A stretch of 64,000 nucleotides of DNA, from positions 1,888,001 through 1,952,000 of the forward strand of contig OZ220696.1 of NCBI GenBank assembly GCA_965116495.1, read 5' to 3'. Below are positions 44,943 to 55,450 of this stretch, one piece after another. Source of the DNA: Gammaproteobacteria bacterium (GTDB lineage: Bacteria > Pseudomonadota > Gammaproteobacteria > Eutrophobiales > Eutrophobiaceae). Below the pieces are notes generated by a model. The model saw only the letters and a list, made by a program, of their open reading frames with translations, was not told the DNA's origin and ran no database searches. Position 1 is the stretch's first letter, and every line of letters starts with the position of its first letter. Both the position numbers and the translations under genes were made by a program.

Positions 44943-44966
44943 GGGGACAGATTTAAATCTGTCCCC
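44943..44966. repeat. Perfect 24-bp palindrome GGGGACAGATTTAAATCTGTCCCC
   Basis: Identical to 15465-15488; lies between convergent genes. Confidence 0.93.
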
Positions 44967-44981
44967 GTCCGGAAATCCGGA

Positions 44982-46457
44982 CTACCTCCTGCGTAACTCG
45001 TCGAGCCTGCGCTGAAGGTCATCTATGCCCGGTCCTGCCGGTGATTCCACCAGGTTGTTGTTCACGGAGATTGTATCGGGCGGCATGTAGGAGGTGGCGT
45101 CGATAATCAACCGATGGCCCTTGCCACCGACCTCCGCCGACGGGTCCGCATCGCTGAGCGGCATGTTCGGCAACACGATAATGTCATCGGCCCGGGTGCG
45201 GTTCGACAGCGACCACATGACCTGGTTCAGGTCAAACGGGTCGATGTCGGCATCCACCATGATGAGGTTCTTCAGGTACATCAGACCATGGGGCGTACCC
45301 AGCGCCCGCAGGGCCACGGATTTGGCAAAGCCGGCAAAGCGGTTCTTCACGGCAATGACCGCAGTCAGCCCGTGCTGATAGAGCGCATTGACTGCAACGA
45401 CCTCAGGGAAATTCTGTTTCAACTGGTTATATACCGTCGCACATACGTTGATGCCCAGCAGCGTGTCGTGCTCCGCCCAGCTTTTGCTGCCGATGTACAA
45501 ACTCTCGAAGATGGGATTATCCCGGAAAGAAACGGCCGTCACCCGGAACACGTTCAACCGGCGCACACCGCTGTAAGTACCGGGGAACTCACCAAACGGC
45601 CCCTCAAGAATACGCTCCTTGTTGACCATCGTCGCCTCGATGACCATCTCCGAGCCGGCCAGGATATCAAGGCCGTTGCCGGATGTAGTCAACCGCAGCG
45701 GGGCCCCCATCATCTGCGAGGCATACGCATATTCCGATTCATCGTAGTTCACCGGCGTCCCCGCAAACATCGCCAGGGCAGGATGGTTGCCGATCATAGC
45801 CGCGATGTTCAGGTCGGCACCCTCCCGCTCGGCAATACGAATGTGTTGCCCCATGTCGTGGGACGGCACGGCATCCAGGCTGAACAGGTCCGGTCCATGC
45901 ACCTGGATGCGGTAGATCCCCACGTTCTGCTTGCCGAAGTCCTCCGGGTCCGACGGGTCCCGGCTCACCACGTTGGCCTTGTCGATATAGAAACCCCCGT
46001 CATACTCGTTGATACGGTACAGGGGTAGCAGTTCGTACAAATTGATATTCTCCTCAACCCGGTTGGTGTGCACCGGCGCCTGTGTCGGGGGCACCCGCTC
46101 GATCAACGGCTCGTCACTGCCCCAGCGATTCACCATCTCGTAGAACAGTTCCTTCACCGGGGTACCCTTGGCACGACCCATCAGCAGGGCCAGGTTGGTG
46201 AAACTGCCGTGTACCCCCACCACGACCTGTTTGCCGGGATAGCCCTTGATGTTGGTGAGCAACACGGCCGGGCCGTGCATGGCGTCGCGGCCCGCGGCAA
46301 CGGAGATATTGCGGATATCCGGTTCAGGCAGGACTTCCTCTTCCCAACGCGCCAGTTGGCCGTTTTCGTCCAGCAATTCGAGGAAATCCCGCAACCCCTT
46401 GATGCGCTGACCGACGGCGATTGCCTCCGGGGATATGGAGTTTGTGGAGTATCCCAT
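44982..46457 (-). CDS. UbiD-family (prFMN) decarboxylase, related to hydroxyarylic acid decarboxylase subunit C
   Basis: DGGFYIDKA, FGKQNVGIYRIQV, EGPFGEF, ALGTPHG, VDADIDPF. Confidence 0.88.
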   Translation of the reverse strand: MGYSTNSISPEAIAVGQRIKGLRDFLELLDENGQLARWEEEVLPEPDIRNISVAAGRDAMHGPAVLLTNIKGYPGKQVVVGVHGSFTNLALLMGRAKGTPVKELFYEMVNRWGSDEPLIERVPPTQAPVHTNRVEENINLYELLPLYRINEYDGGFYIDKANVVSRDPSDPEDFGKQNVGIYRIQVHGPDLFSLDAVPSHDMGQHIRIAEREGADLNIAAMIGNHPALAMFAGTPVNYDESEYAYASQMMGAPLRLTTSGNGLDILAGSEMVIEATMVNKERILEGPFGEFPGTYSGVRRLNVFRVTAVSFRDNPIFESLYIGSKSWAEHDTLLGINVCATVYNQLKQNFPEVVAVNALYQHGLTAVIAVKNRFAGFAKSVALRALGTPHGLMYLKNLIMVDADIDPFDLNQVMWSLSNRTRADDIIVLPNMPLSDADPSAEVGGKGHRLIIDATSYMPPDTISVNNNLVESPAGPGIDDLQRRLDELRRR

Positions 46458-46565
46458 CGGTGGAGAAAGTAATATAGTCTTACTGAAAAAGCCAGAGAAC
46501 TTAATTATTATCCGGATAAAATCTTTTGTGTCAGTTATCAATACCCATTAATGAGGGCAATCTAA

Positions 46566-46964
46566 ATGTCTACGGTAAAACTGGTTGAATACGATGAAGC
46601 AAATGCCGAGGTGAAGGCCGTCTACGATGACATCAGGCGGGTGCGGCAGACCGATTTCATCAATAACTTCTGGAAGGCGCTGGCCAACCACCCGGCCTTG
46701 CTGGAACGGGTCTGGTCCGCCGGCAAGGAAGTCATGGCGCCCGGGGAGATCGATGCCCTGACCAAGGAGATGATTTATATCGCGGTGTCAGTCGCCAATG
46801 CCTGTGAATACTGCGTGCACTCACATACCGGCGCGGCCTTCGGCAAGGGCATGAGTGAAGCGCAGTACGGGGAACTGCTCGCGGTCATCGCCCTGGCGCA
46901 ACAGAATAACGGTCTCGCCAGTGGTATGCAGGTGCCCGTCGATAAAGTCTTCCTGAAAGAATAA
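46566..46964 (+). CDS. Carboxymuconolactone decarboxylase / AhpD-like protein
   Basis: TKEMIYIAVS..NACEYCVHSH. Confidence 0.87.
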   Translation: MSTVKLVEYDEANAEVKAVYDDIRRVRQTDFINNFWKALANHPALLERVWSAGKEVMAPGEIDALTKEMIYIAVSVANACEYCVHSHTGAAFGKGMSEAQYGELLAVIALAQQNNGLASGMQVPVDKVFLKE

Positions 46965-47029
46965 AGGAACGTCCGCTAGCACAGCCTGCAACAAGTCCGG
47001 GACAGACTATCAGTGCAGGGAACCCTGAA

Positions 47030-47821
47030 CTACCAGAACAGGGCAAATAAAATGCCGCCCAGGAACAGCCGGTAGATGACGTAAGGCAGCATCCCGGTGC
47101 GCTCCACCAGTTTCAGGAACCAGTGAATCGTCAGCCAGGCGCTGATAAACGAGACGGCGCTGACCGTGAACAACGACGTCCAATCCACCTGCATTGCGGT
47201 GAAGGAAACGTTCAGCAGTTCATAACCTGAGGCCAGCAGGATGGTCGGGATTGCCAGCAGGAAGGCAAACCGGCTGGCGCTCTCCCTGTTCAAACCCAGC
47301 ATTAATCCCGCAGTAATGGTAATCCCCGCACGTGACGTGCCGGGGATTACGGCCAATACCTGAAACAGGCCTATCACTACGGCGTCCCTGAAGCGGAAAT
47401 CCTTCAGGCTGCGCCGGCGTTTGCCATAGCCGTCCGCCCCCCACAGCAGCAAGGCGAACAGTATCGTCGCGGCGGCGATGATCAACGGATCGCGCAAGAA
47501 ACCGGCGACATTGTAAAACAACAAACCGGCCAGGCAGATCGGTATGGTGGCAATGATCAGGAACCAGACCATATCTGATTCGCTATTCCGCCCGCTGTTG
47601 AATGACCTGACCCAGCCGACAGTCATGTTTCCCAGGTCCTTCCTGAAATAAATGAGCAACGCCAGCAGGCTGCCGAAATGCGCGCCAACGTCGTACAACA
47701 GGCCCTGGTCTGCCCAGCCCAGCAGTTTCGGCAACAGGATGAGGTGGGCCGAACTGCTTATGGGCAGGAACTCGGTAAGCCCCTGGATCAAACCCAGGAT
47801 AATTGATTGCAGGATATCCAC
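47030..47821 (-). CDS. uppP: Undecaprenyl-diphosphatase
   Basis: QGLTEFLPISSSAH, PGTSRAG. Confidence 0.95.
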   Translation of the reverse strand: MDILQSIILGLIQGLTEFLPISSSAHLILLPKLLGWADQGLLYDVGAHFGSLLALLIYFRKDLGNMTVGWVRSFNSGRNSESDMVWFLIIATIPICLAGLLFYNVAGFLRDPLIIAAATILFALLLWGADGYGKRRRSLKDFRFRDAVVIGLFQVLAVIPGTSRAGITITAGLMLGLNRESASRFAFLLAIPTILLASGYELLNVSFTAMQVDWTSLFTVSAVSFISAWLTIHWFLKLVERTGMLPYVIYRLFLGGILFALFW

Positions 47822-47857
47822 AGTAACTCTTTCTGTATACTATAGGGATTTATTCCG

Positions 47858-49087
47858 CTAACCGGATTCCTGTCCCTGCCCTTTATTCCACAGCTGTTCC
47901 TGCCGATCGATGAATTGAAATCCCAGCAACGTTTCCGTGAAATTCCTGGTAAAGGCAATAGCCTTGAAGCGTTCACCCATTTCCCCGGGCAGGGTCAGGC
48001 GCTTTACCTGGCCGGACACGGCGGGGTCAGGACAGTCTTTATCATCTGCAGCGATTTCAGCCAGGCCGCAGCCGATGAGAAAATGAGCCTGGCTGGTATA
48101 ACCTGCCAGTCGCATTCCGTTATCCAGGGCAGACAGCGCCACTGCGGTGAAATCCACGGATGCCGTGATATCCTGCAGCCCGGGATAAAAGAACGGATCA
48201 TCATGGAAACGGTGCCGGTAATGGCAAAGCAGGGTCCCCTTGTCCCTTTGCGGGTGGTAATACTCGTACCTGGGATAACCGTAATCGATCAATAACACCG
48301 CCCCCCGATCCAATGCCGACGAGACGGATCCTAACCAGGCATCGCCGCGCAGGCAAATTTCCGTCTCAAAGCGTTCGGGAAGCTGCGGCGCCAGGTAACC
48401 TGTGATCCTGTCCCAGGCTGTACGGACAGGACCGGCCGGGCGCGGAGTCCTGACCCAGTAAAACTCATCCCCATTATGGCCTACACACAATTCATGTAAC
48501 ACTCCATTTTCCAGCAGTACCCGCGTGACAGGTAGTGCATCCACCACCTCATTGACGATGATTACCCCGTTCACGGGGTTTCCAGACAATGTCTCGAGCC
48601 ACCTGATGCGCGGCAATAAATGGGGGATACGGGAGCTATACAATTGTTTCTGACGGAGGCGCAAATCTGCGCTGGTTTCCAATATGAAATAGCGATCCGG
48701 CAGGGCTTCCAGCGCCTCCAGTTCAAGCAACAGGTCCAGCGCCATAACCCCCGATCCCGCACCGAGTTCCAGGATATCGCCTGAGTCCATGGACGCCAGC
48801 ACCTGCCGGCACTGCCTGGCTACGCAGCGGGAAAACAGGGGGGAGACAAGGGGCGCGGTAACAAAATCTCCTGACTCGCCGAACCGGGTCGCCCCGGCAC
48901 TGTAATAACCCCAGCCGGGCTCGTACAGGACCATTTCCATATACCGCTCGAAGCTGATGTTTCCTCCGTTTTCGTGAATCCGTGCGCACACCAGTTCGGT
49001 GAGACCCTGGCTGTGCTCCCTGGCCGGTCGCGGCGGAACCGGCAATTGCCAGTCCGGGTTCAATCCATTGGTCGGGTTGTTATTCAT
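47858..49087 (-). CDS. SAM-dependent methyltransferase (MidA/NDUFAF7 family)
   Basis: GYY..GDFVTAP, ELGAGSG, NEVVDALP, IDYG, QDITASVDF. Confidence 0.9.
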   Translation of the reverse strand: MNNNPTNGLNPDWQLPVPPRPAREHSQGLTELVCARIHENGGNISFERYMEMVLYEPGWGYYSAGATRFGESGDFVTAPLVSPLFSRCVARQCRQVLASMDSGDILELGAGSGVMALDLLLELEALEALPDRYFILETSADLRLRQKQLYSSRIPHLLPRIRWLETLSGNPVNGVIIVNEVVDALPVTRVLLENGVLHELCVGHNGDEFYWVRTPRPAGPVRTAWDRITGYLAPQLPERFETEICLRGDAWLGSVSSALDRGAVLLIDYGYPRYEYYHPQRDKGTLLCHYRHRFHDDPFFYPGLQDITASVDFTAVALSALDNGMRLAGYTSQAHFLIGCGLAEIAADDKDCPDPAVSGQVKRLTLPGEMGERFKAIAFTRNFTETLLGFQFIDRQEQLWNKGQGQESG

Positions 49088-49140
49088 TTGCAACAGATGT
49101 ATATATATGTTGTGATATCCGGCAACATAATACCCAGACA

Positions 49141-49872
49141 ATGACAGGTAAAACAGTATTGATTACCGGGGCCGCCCGGCGTATTGGCGCTGCTGCCGCA
49201 CGCTACCTGCATTCGCAGCAGTTCAACGTGGTCATTCACTACAACCGGTCCACGGCGGAGGCGAACCAGTTGGCCGATGAACTTAACAGTATCCGGGCCA
49301 ACTCATCCTGTACCATACAGGCCGACCTGCTGGCGGCATCCTCCTATAACTGGGTGATCGATACGGCACTGGAACTTACCGGCAGCCTGGATGCGCTGGT
49401 GAATAATGCTTCCATGTTCTATCCGACCCTGTTACCGCAGATCAAGGATCCCACCTGGGACGAGATCATCGGCACAAACCTCAAAGCGCCGCTGTTCCTG
49501 GCCAGGCATGCCGCCGTTCACTTGGAAAAAACCCGGGGTTGCATCATCAATATCACGGACATTCACGGCAGTCGACCGTTGCCGCATCACTCCATGTACA
49601 GCGTGGCAAAGTCCGGCCTGATGATGCTGACCCGCTCCCTGGCACAGGAACTCGCGCCGAACGTACGGGTGAATGCCGTCTCCCCCGGCGCCATACTCTG
49701 GCCCGACGGGATGGATGACGAGACGAAAGACTCGATACTGTCCGCGATCCCGCTGCAACGCCCGGGAGAACCTGCCGAAGTAGCCAGGGCAGTGTATTTC
49801 CTCATTGCCGAAGCTGATTATATCACCGGCCAGGTTCTGGCCGTGGATGGCGGCAGGAGCCTGTCCCAGTAA
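49141..49872 (+). CDS. folM: Pteridine reductase / dihydromonapterin reductase
   Basis: TGAARRIG, VIHYNRS, NNAS.F, YSVAK; adjacent to folK/folB. Confidence 0.85.
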   Translation: MTGKTVLITGAARRIGAAAARYLHSQQFNVVIHYNRSTAEANQLADELNSIRANSSCTIQADLLAASSYNWVIDTALELTGSLDALVNNASMFYPTLLPQIKDPTWDEIIGTNLKAPLFLARHAAVHLEKTRGCIINITDIHGSRPLPHHSMYSVAKSGLMMLTRSLAQELAPNVRVNAVSPGAILWPDGMDDETKDSILSAIPLQRPGEPAEVARAVYFLIAEADYITGQVLAVDGGRSLSQ

Positions 49873-49873
49873 C

Positions 49874-50374
49874 TCACTGTTCCAATTCCGGATCAAACTC
49901 AGCAGGCCATAATTCCTGCCCCGACCGGTCGAATTCAGACCAGAGGCGGGCGTAGGTTTTGCCGGAGACGGGATGGTGCAGTTCGGCAGCTATTTCCGCC
50001 AGGGGACAGAGTACGAAAGCATATTTATCAATATCGGGCCTCGGTAATTTAACCGATTCCGTCCTGAGCACCAGGTCATCGTACAACAATAAATCCAGGT
50101 CCAGGGTGCGGGACGAGAACTGCGGCTGGCTCCGATCACGACCGTGTTCATCTTCAATCCGGTGGATCTGGCGTATGACCTCGTCCAGGTCCAGGTCGGT
50201 ATCACACCCAACCACAAAATTATAAAAATTTGTGCCGGTAAACCCTACTGCCTTGTTTTCATAGATCGTTGATATCCGTAAATTATGGAATACTCCCCTG
50301 ATCTCACGGATACCGGCCCTGATGTGTTTCTCGCGCTCCAGGTTACTGCCGACGCCGATAAAAATACGCGACAT
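49874..50374 (-). CDS. folK: HPPK (2-amino-4-hydroxy-6-hydroxymethyldihydropteridine diphosphokinase)
   Basis: GVGSN, RTLDLDLLLY. Confidence 0.93.
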   Translation of the reverse strand: MSRIFIGVGSNLEREKHIRAGIREIRGVFHNLRISTIYENKAVGFTGTNFYNFVVGCDTDLDLDEVIRQIHRIEDEHGRDRSQPQFSSRTLDLDLLLYDDLVLRTESVKLPRPDIDKYAFVLCPLAEIAAELHHPVSGKTYARLWSEFDRSGQELWPAEFDPELEQ

Positions 50375-50375
50375 C

Positions 50376-50732
50376 TCAGTGTTTTCTACCCCGTTCTATG
50401 ATTATGCCCACGTCGCGCACGCCGCGCACCGCGCCGCGTTTATTCAGTCGTAACCGGCACCATTGCACCTTGAACTCATCCAAGAGTATCTCCGCCACCC
50501 GTTCCGCCAGCGTTTCAATCAACTCGAACTGCGCTTCACTGACGAAGCTGATCAGCCGTTTCGCTACCGCCTTGTAGCTCACCGTGTCATCAATATTATC
50601 GGACCGGGCTGCCTTGCTGATATCGGCAGCCATCTCGATATCGAAGATAACGGTCTGTTTGGTCCGGCGCTCCCAGTCATAGATACCTATCACGGTATCA
50701 ATGCGCAGGTCATTAAGATATATGATGTCCAT
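50376..50732 (-). CDS. folB: Dihydroneopterin aldolase
   Basis: VIGIYDWER, LIETLAE, VGIIIER. Confidence 0.94.
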   Translation of the reverse strand: MDIIYLNDLRIDTVIGIYDWERRTKQTVIFDIEMAADISKAARSDNIDDTVSYKAVAKRLISFVSEAQFELIETLAERVAEILLDEFKVQWCRLRLNKRGAVRGVRDVGIIIERGRKH

Positions 50733-50847
50733 AGTTCACGGATAAAGTTTATTTGTACAGACTTTAGCAGATGTGGGGTCGGAGTAAAAACACCTGATAT
50801 TTATCAAACACCTTGACTGGCCGGCGATTACCCATTCCAATAAGCCC

Positions 50848-51435
50848 ATGGTCTTCCATATCGGACTCGTAATCCTGGCCTACCTGGCGGGTTCTCTTGC
50901 CAGCGCCGTCATCGTTTGTAAAATCCTGGGCCTGGATGACCCGAGGGAACACGGCTCGGGCAACCCGGGCACGACAAACGTTTTACGCCTGTACGGCAAG
51001 ACAGTCGCCCTGCTGACCCTTTGCGGAGATGTACTGAAAGGCCTGCTCCCCGTCATGTTACTGCGCTATGTCCAGGCTCCCGACGTATTCATTACCGCAG
51101 CCGGCCTGGCTGCCTTTTCCGGTCATCTCTACCCGCTGTTTTTCAGCTTCCACGGTGGTAAGGGGGTAGCGACATTGACAGGCGTATTGCTTGCTTTCCA
51201 TTGGCTGCTGGGTGCGGCTTTCATTATGACCTGGTTGCTGATAGCGCTGCTGTTCAGGTATTCCTCCCTGGCAGCGATTACGGCCGGCCTGCTCGCGGCT
51301 GTATACTGCTGGTTGATGATACCATCTCCGTACCATGTCGCCGGTGTAAGCCTGATGTCCGCGGTATTAATCTGGCGCCACCGATCAAACATTAAAAAGC
51401 TGCTGGCGGGCGAGGAAAACAAGATCAGACTGTAA
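50848..51435 (+). CDS. plsY: Glycerol-3-phosphate acyltransferase
   Basis: GSGNPGTTNVLR, GGKGVAT, RHRSNI. Confidence 0.95.
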   Translation: MVFHIGLVILAYLAGSLASAVIVCKILGLDDPREHGSGNPGTTNVLRLYGKTVALLTLCGDVLKGLLPVMLLRYVQAPDVFITAAGLAAFSGHLYPLFFSFHGGKGVATLTGVLLAFHWLLGAAFIMTWLLIALLFRYSSLAAITAGLLAAVYCWLMIPSPYHVAGVSLMSAVLIWRHRSNIKKLLAGEENKIRL

Positions 51436-51442
51436 AACCAAT

Positions 51443-51568
51443 GGGGCCAGTCTCGATTGATTTGACCCCATAAACCTAATTTGGGACACCCATAAATTAA
51501 ATGAGTGTTCAAAATTTATGGATGTCCTGGATTTACTTTTTAATTTATGGGTGTCCCAAATTAGGTTT
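51443..51568. repeat. Repeat cluster: GGGGCCAG..GACCCC unit plus family A copy 3
   Basis: Perfect 30-bp inverted arms 51472-51501 and 51539-51568 with a degenerate third unit between; includes the tsaD stop. Confidence 0.9.
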
Positions 51569-52571
51569 TTGATTTTAAGGGCCAGCGGGGATAGGCTGCA
51601 AAGCGCAGGGGTTCGCGTTGGCCCGCACTGATTTTAACGTAACCCGTATAGGCGATCATGGCGCCGTTATCAGTGCAGAATTCCGGCCTTGGATAGTATA
51701 TGCGCCCGCCCGTCTCGTCCGCCATCCGTTTCAGTTTCAGGCGTAGCTGTTTGTTGGCGCTGACCCCGCCGGCCGCCACCAGCCTGGTAATGCCGGTCTG
51801 TTTCATGGCCCGCTCACATTTTATGGCCAGGGTATCAACCACCGCCTCCACGAAGGCGCGGGCGACGTCGGCGCGCACCTGCTCGTCAGCGCCATCAAGC
51901 TCCTTGACCACCAGCGCCACGGCAGTCTTAAGTCCGCTGAAGCTGAAATCCAGTCCCGGCCTGTCAGTCATGGGTCGCGGAAACCTGTAGCGGTCGCGGC
52001 GCCCGGCCTCCGCCAGGGCTGACAAGTGCGGGCCGCCGGGGTAACCCAGTCCCAGTAATTTTGCGGTTTTATCAAAAGCCTCACCCGCCGCATCATCCAG
52101 CGATTCCCCCAGCATCGTGTAATCACCGGCCGACCTGACCTCCAGCAACTGGGTATGCCCCCCTGAAACGAGCAAGGCGAGAAACGGGTAATCAGGGCAC
52201 TCCTCTTCAAGCATCACCGCCATCAGGTGCGCTTCCATGTGGTGTACGGCGACCGCAGGTACACCCCAGGAGTAGGCTAGACTTCTGCCGACACTGGCGC
52301 CGACGAGCAAGGCCCCGATCAACCCGGGACCGGCAGTATAGGCAATACCGTCGATAGCGCCCGGTTTCGAGTCCGCCTCCTGCATGGCTGCTGCCAGCAA
52401 CGGCGCGACCCGGCGCACATGGTCCCGCGATGCCAACTCCGGCACCACGCCGCCATAGGGATCGTGCAGACGAACCTGGCTGTAAAGCTGGTTGGCCAGC
52501 AGACCATATTCCGAATCGTAGATAGCGATACCGGTTTCATCGCATGAGGTTTCTATTCCCAGAATGCGCAT
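51561..52571 (-). CDS. tsaD: tRNA N6-adenosine threonylcarbamoyltransferase
   Basis: [37 protein letters not shown]. Confidence 0.97.
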   Translation of the reverse strand: MRILGIETSCDETGIAIYDSEYGLLANQLYSQVRLHDPYGGVVPELASRDHVRRVAPLLAAAMQEADSKPGAIDGIAYTAGPGLIGALLVGASVGRSLAYSWGVPAVAVHHMEAHLMAVMLEEECPDYPFLALLVSGGHTQLLEVRSAGDYTMLGESLDDAAGEAFDKTAKLLGLGYPGGPHLSALAEAGRRDRYRFPRPMTDRPGLDFSFSGLKTAVALVVKELDGADEQVRADVARAFVEAVVDTLAIKCERAMKQTGITRLVAAGGVSANKQLRLKLKRMADETGGRIYYPRPEFCTDNGAMIAYTGYVKISAGQREPLRFAAYPRWPLKSKT

Positions 52572-52745
52572 TCCATATCTCCGAGTTGCCGATATTGTAC
52601 AGCACTAACCACCTGCCGGACCTGTGGGATTTGAACGAATATGGAACTCCTTTTGGGCCTGTTCGTCATTTCTTCTTGCATTTAACGCGATTCCTACTAG
52701 AATCACCGATTATTTTGGATGAACAAAACAGGAACCACATACTCT

Positions 52746-52961
52746 ATGCCCAGTGTAAAAGTAAGAGAAAATGAACCGTTCGATTTCGCGTTACGGCGTT
52801 TTAAGCGGGCCTGCGAGAAAGCCGGCGTACTGGCTGAAGTCCATCGCCGTGAATTTTACGAAAAACCCACACAAATGAGAAAACGAAAAGCTGCCGCAGC
52901 GGTAAAACGCCACCAGAAGCGCCAGGGGAAAACCGGACCCCGGCAAATCAGACAGTACTGA
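52746..52961 (+). CDS. rpsU: 30S ribosomal protein S21
   Basis: [15 protein letters not shown]. Confidence 0.97.
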   Translation: MPSVKVRENEPFDFALRRFKRACEKAGVLAEVHRREFYEKPTQMRKRKAAAAVKRHQKRQGKTGPRQIRQY

Positions 52962-52987
52962 GCGCTCTTCCTCACCACTGCAGTTCC

Positions 52988-53437
52988 ATGGGTGATCTCA
53001 AACACCAGATCAAAGAAGACGTTAAAACCGCAATGCGCAGTAAGGAAAAAGAGCGCCTTGCGGCCTTACGGCTCATCACCGCCTCCATCAAACAACGGGA
53101 AGTGGATGAACGTATCGAACTTGACGACATCCAGGTCATGACTGTCCTGGATAAAATGGTAAAACAGCATCGCGATTCCATCCAGCAATACACGAAAGCG
53201 GACCGCCGGGACCTGGTCGAAAAAGAGCAATTCGAGCTTGATATCATCCTGGGCTACCTGCCCCGGCCGCTGGATACCGAAGAAATCAACATCATGATCG
53301 ATGAGGCGATTACCGCAACAGGCGCCGCATCAATGAGAGACATGGGAAAAGTCATGGGACAGTTAAAACCCGCGCTGCAAGGGCGTGCGGATATGGGCAA
53401 GGTAAGCGCACTGGTAAAAGCCCGGCTGAATACGTAG
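52988..53437 (+). CDS. GatB/YqeY domain protein
   Basis: KTAMR, KQHRDSI.QY, DMGKVM, GRADM. Confidence 0.92.
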   Translation: MGDLKHQIKEDVKTAMRSKEKERLAALRLITASIKQREVDERIELDDIQVMTVLDKMVKQHRDSIQQYTKADRRDLVEKEQFELDIILGYLPRPLDTEEINIMIDEAITATGAASMRDMGKVMGQLKPALQGRADMGKVSALVKARLNT

Positions 53438-53581
53438 TATAAGCGTCAGGGCCTTTTCAAAGCCGACCAGGACCAGCCGTCACTTCTTACATGGGATAAA
53501 ACACAGCCTGGCAGAGGGAACGGCGCCGGGGTGACGGGTCTTGACAGGTTTGGCCGCTTACGTGGAACCCAGGCAGGGCTG

Positions 53582-55342
53582 ATGGCGGGCAGAATACCTC
53601 AAAGTTTCATTGATGACTTACTGGCGCGGGTCGATATTATTGAAATCATCGACAGTCACGTCCCTTTGCGTAAAGCAGGCAGGAACCACCAGGCCCTGTG
53701 CCCGTTTCACGATGAGAAAACACCTTCATTTACGGTAAGCCAGGACAAGCAGTTCTACCACTGCTTCGGTTGCGGCGCCAGCGGTACGGTCATTACCTTT
53801 ATCATGGAATTCAGCGGTCTGGGATTCGTTGAGGCGGTAGAAGACCTGGCTGCACGCTACGGCCTGGAAATCCCGCGCGAGGCAGGTTATCAACCGGTGT
53901 CAAAGCATCATGACGAACTGTATGAACTGCTGGAACAGGCCGCACAATACTACCAGCGCCAACTGCAGGGTCGCGACGGCAGGGCAATGGATTACCTGGA
54001 AAAACGAGGCATCAGCGGTACCGTTATCAAGGACTACGAAATCGGCTACGCGCCGCCGGGCTGGAAGAACCTGGTGAACGCCCTGGGCAAGTCTGCCGCA
54101 GCCAAGGCCCGATTGGTCGATGCCGGGATGATAAAAACCCGTGATACCGAGGGATATTACGATCATTTTCGCGACCGTATCATGTTTCCGATACGCGATC
54201 AGCGCGGACGTATCATCGGGTTTGGAGGTCGGGTGTTGGGTAAGGATACGCCGAAATACCTGAACAGCCCGGAAACCCCCCTGTTCCACAAGGGCCGCGA
54301 GTTATACGGCCTCTTCCACGCACGCCGCAAGAATAAGCAACCTGAGAGACTTTATATTGTCGAAGGTTACATGGATGTCATAGCGCTGGCCCAGTACGGT
54401 GTTGAAAACGCAGTCGCCACTCTCGGCACCGCCGCGACGGATAGTCACCTGGAAAAACTGTACCGGGTAGCCAGCCGGCTTATATTTTGTTTCGACGGGG
54501 ATGAAGCGGGCAAAAAAGCGGCCAGGAGGGCATTGGAAATCGCCGTCCCCCAACTCAAGGAAGGAAGACAGGCCTTGTTCAGCTTTATGCCCGAGGGAGA
54601 CGATCCGGACAGTTTTATCAGGCGCCACGGAGCAGAACAATTCCTGTCTGATGAAACTACCGTACCCCTTTCCGATTTCCTACTGGATTCGGTAAGATCC
54701 AGGTCCGGTACCGCCACCCGCGAAGGCAGGGCAAATTTTCTGGACCTGATCCTGCCTTACCTGGCTAAAATGCCTGTCAGCGGACTGCGCGAACTATTGT
54801 TGCATGAAGTCGCCGGGATCGCGCAAATCGATCCCGCCGGGATTCACAAGCTGTTACAGGAAAACCGGCCCGGCGCCAGCGCGCGTCGTTCCGGCATTCG
54901 CCCCCCCCGGCAGCATCGTGAAAGAACAGGTGATCTCAGCGTCATCATCTCGTACATCCTGAACAGGCCCGAACTGGCCATGCTGGTAGAAGACCCCGCC
55001 GAACTGTCCGGCATTGCAGTTCCAGGCGTCGAGTTTTTAGTGGAACTTGTCACGCTGGTCCACATGAACCCTGAAATAACCTGCGCGGGCATACTCGAAC
55101 ACTGGCGCGGCTCCCGTTATGAGCAACGCCTGAATGACCTTGCTTCAGGCTCCGGTTTGCCGGCAGATAAAGCTTTCGATCCGGAAAGTGAATTTATTGA
55201 CATGGTGGATAAGCTGAAAGCGGCTAAAATCAGACAATCCATGGAAAGGATTACCCGGTCAAGCCCAAGTGAACTCACTGATGAAGCTAAAACACAACTG
55301 CGCAGACGCTACTCAAAAGATAATGGGGGGAAAAACAGGTAA
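53582..55342 (+). CDS. dnaG: DNA primase
   Basis: CPFHDEKTPSF, CFGC, KYLNSPET, VEGYMDV, FDGD, DPD. Confidence 0.97.
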   Translation: MAGRIPQSFIDDLLARVDIIEIIDSHVPLRKAGRNHQALCPFHDEKTPSFTVSQDKQFYHCFGCGASGTVITFIMEFSGLGFVEAVEDLAARYGLEIPREAGYQPVSKHHDELYELLEQAAQYYQRQLQGRDGRAMDYLEKRGISGTVIKDYEIGYAPPGWKNLVNALGKSAAAKARLVDAGMIKTRDTEGYYDHFRDRIMFPIRDQRGRIIGFGGRVLGKDTPKYLNSPETPLFHKGRELYGLFHARRKNKQPERLYIVEGYMDVIALAQYGVENAVATLGTAATDSHLEKLYRVASRLIFCFDGDEAGKKAARRALEIAVPQLKEGRQALFSFMPEGDDPDSFIRRHGAEQFLSDETTVPLSDFLLDSVRSRSGTATREGRANFLDLILPYLAKMPVSGLRELLLHEVAGIAQIDPAGIHKLLQENRPGASARRSGIRPPRQHRERTGDLSVIISYILNRPELAMLVEDPAELSGIAVPGVEFLVELVTLVHMNPEITCAGILEHWRGSRYEQRLNDLASGSGLPADKAFDPESEFIDMVDKLKAAKIRQSMERITRSSPSELTDEAKTQLRRRYSKDNGGKNR

Positions 55343-55388
55343 CCGAATAAAAAATAGAACATTTAATCAACTCATTGATTTTTTTATA

Positions 55389-55397
55389 TGCTATAAT
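55389..55397 (+). promoter_or_regulatory. Putative extended -10 promoter upstream of rpoD
   Basis: TGCTATAAT in an AT-rich intergenic region. Confidence 0.5.
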
Positions 55398-55450
55398 AGA
55401 GAATTATTTTTTTGCTAAAAAGCAGTCCAACCACTTGATACCGGATTCTG

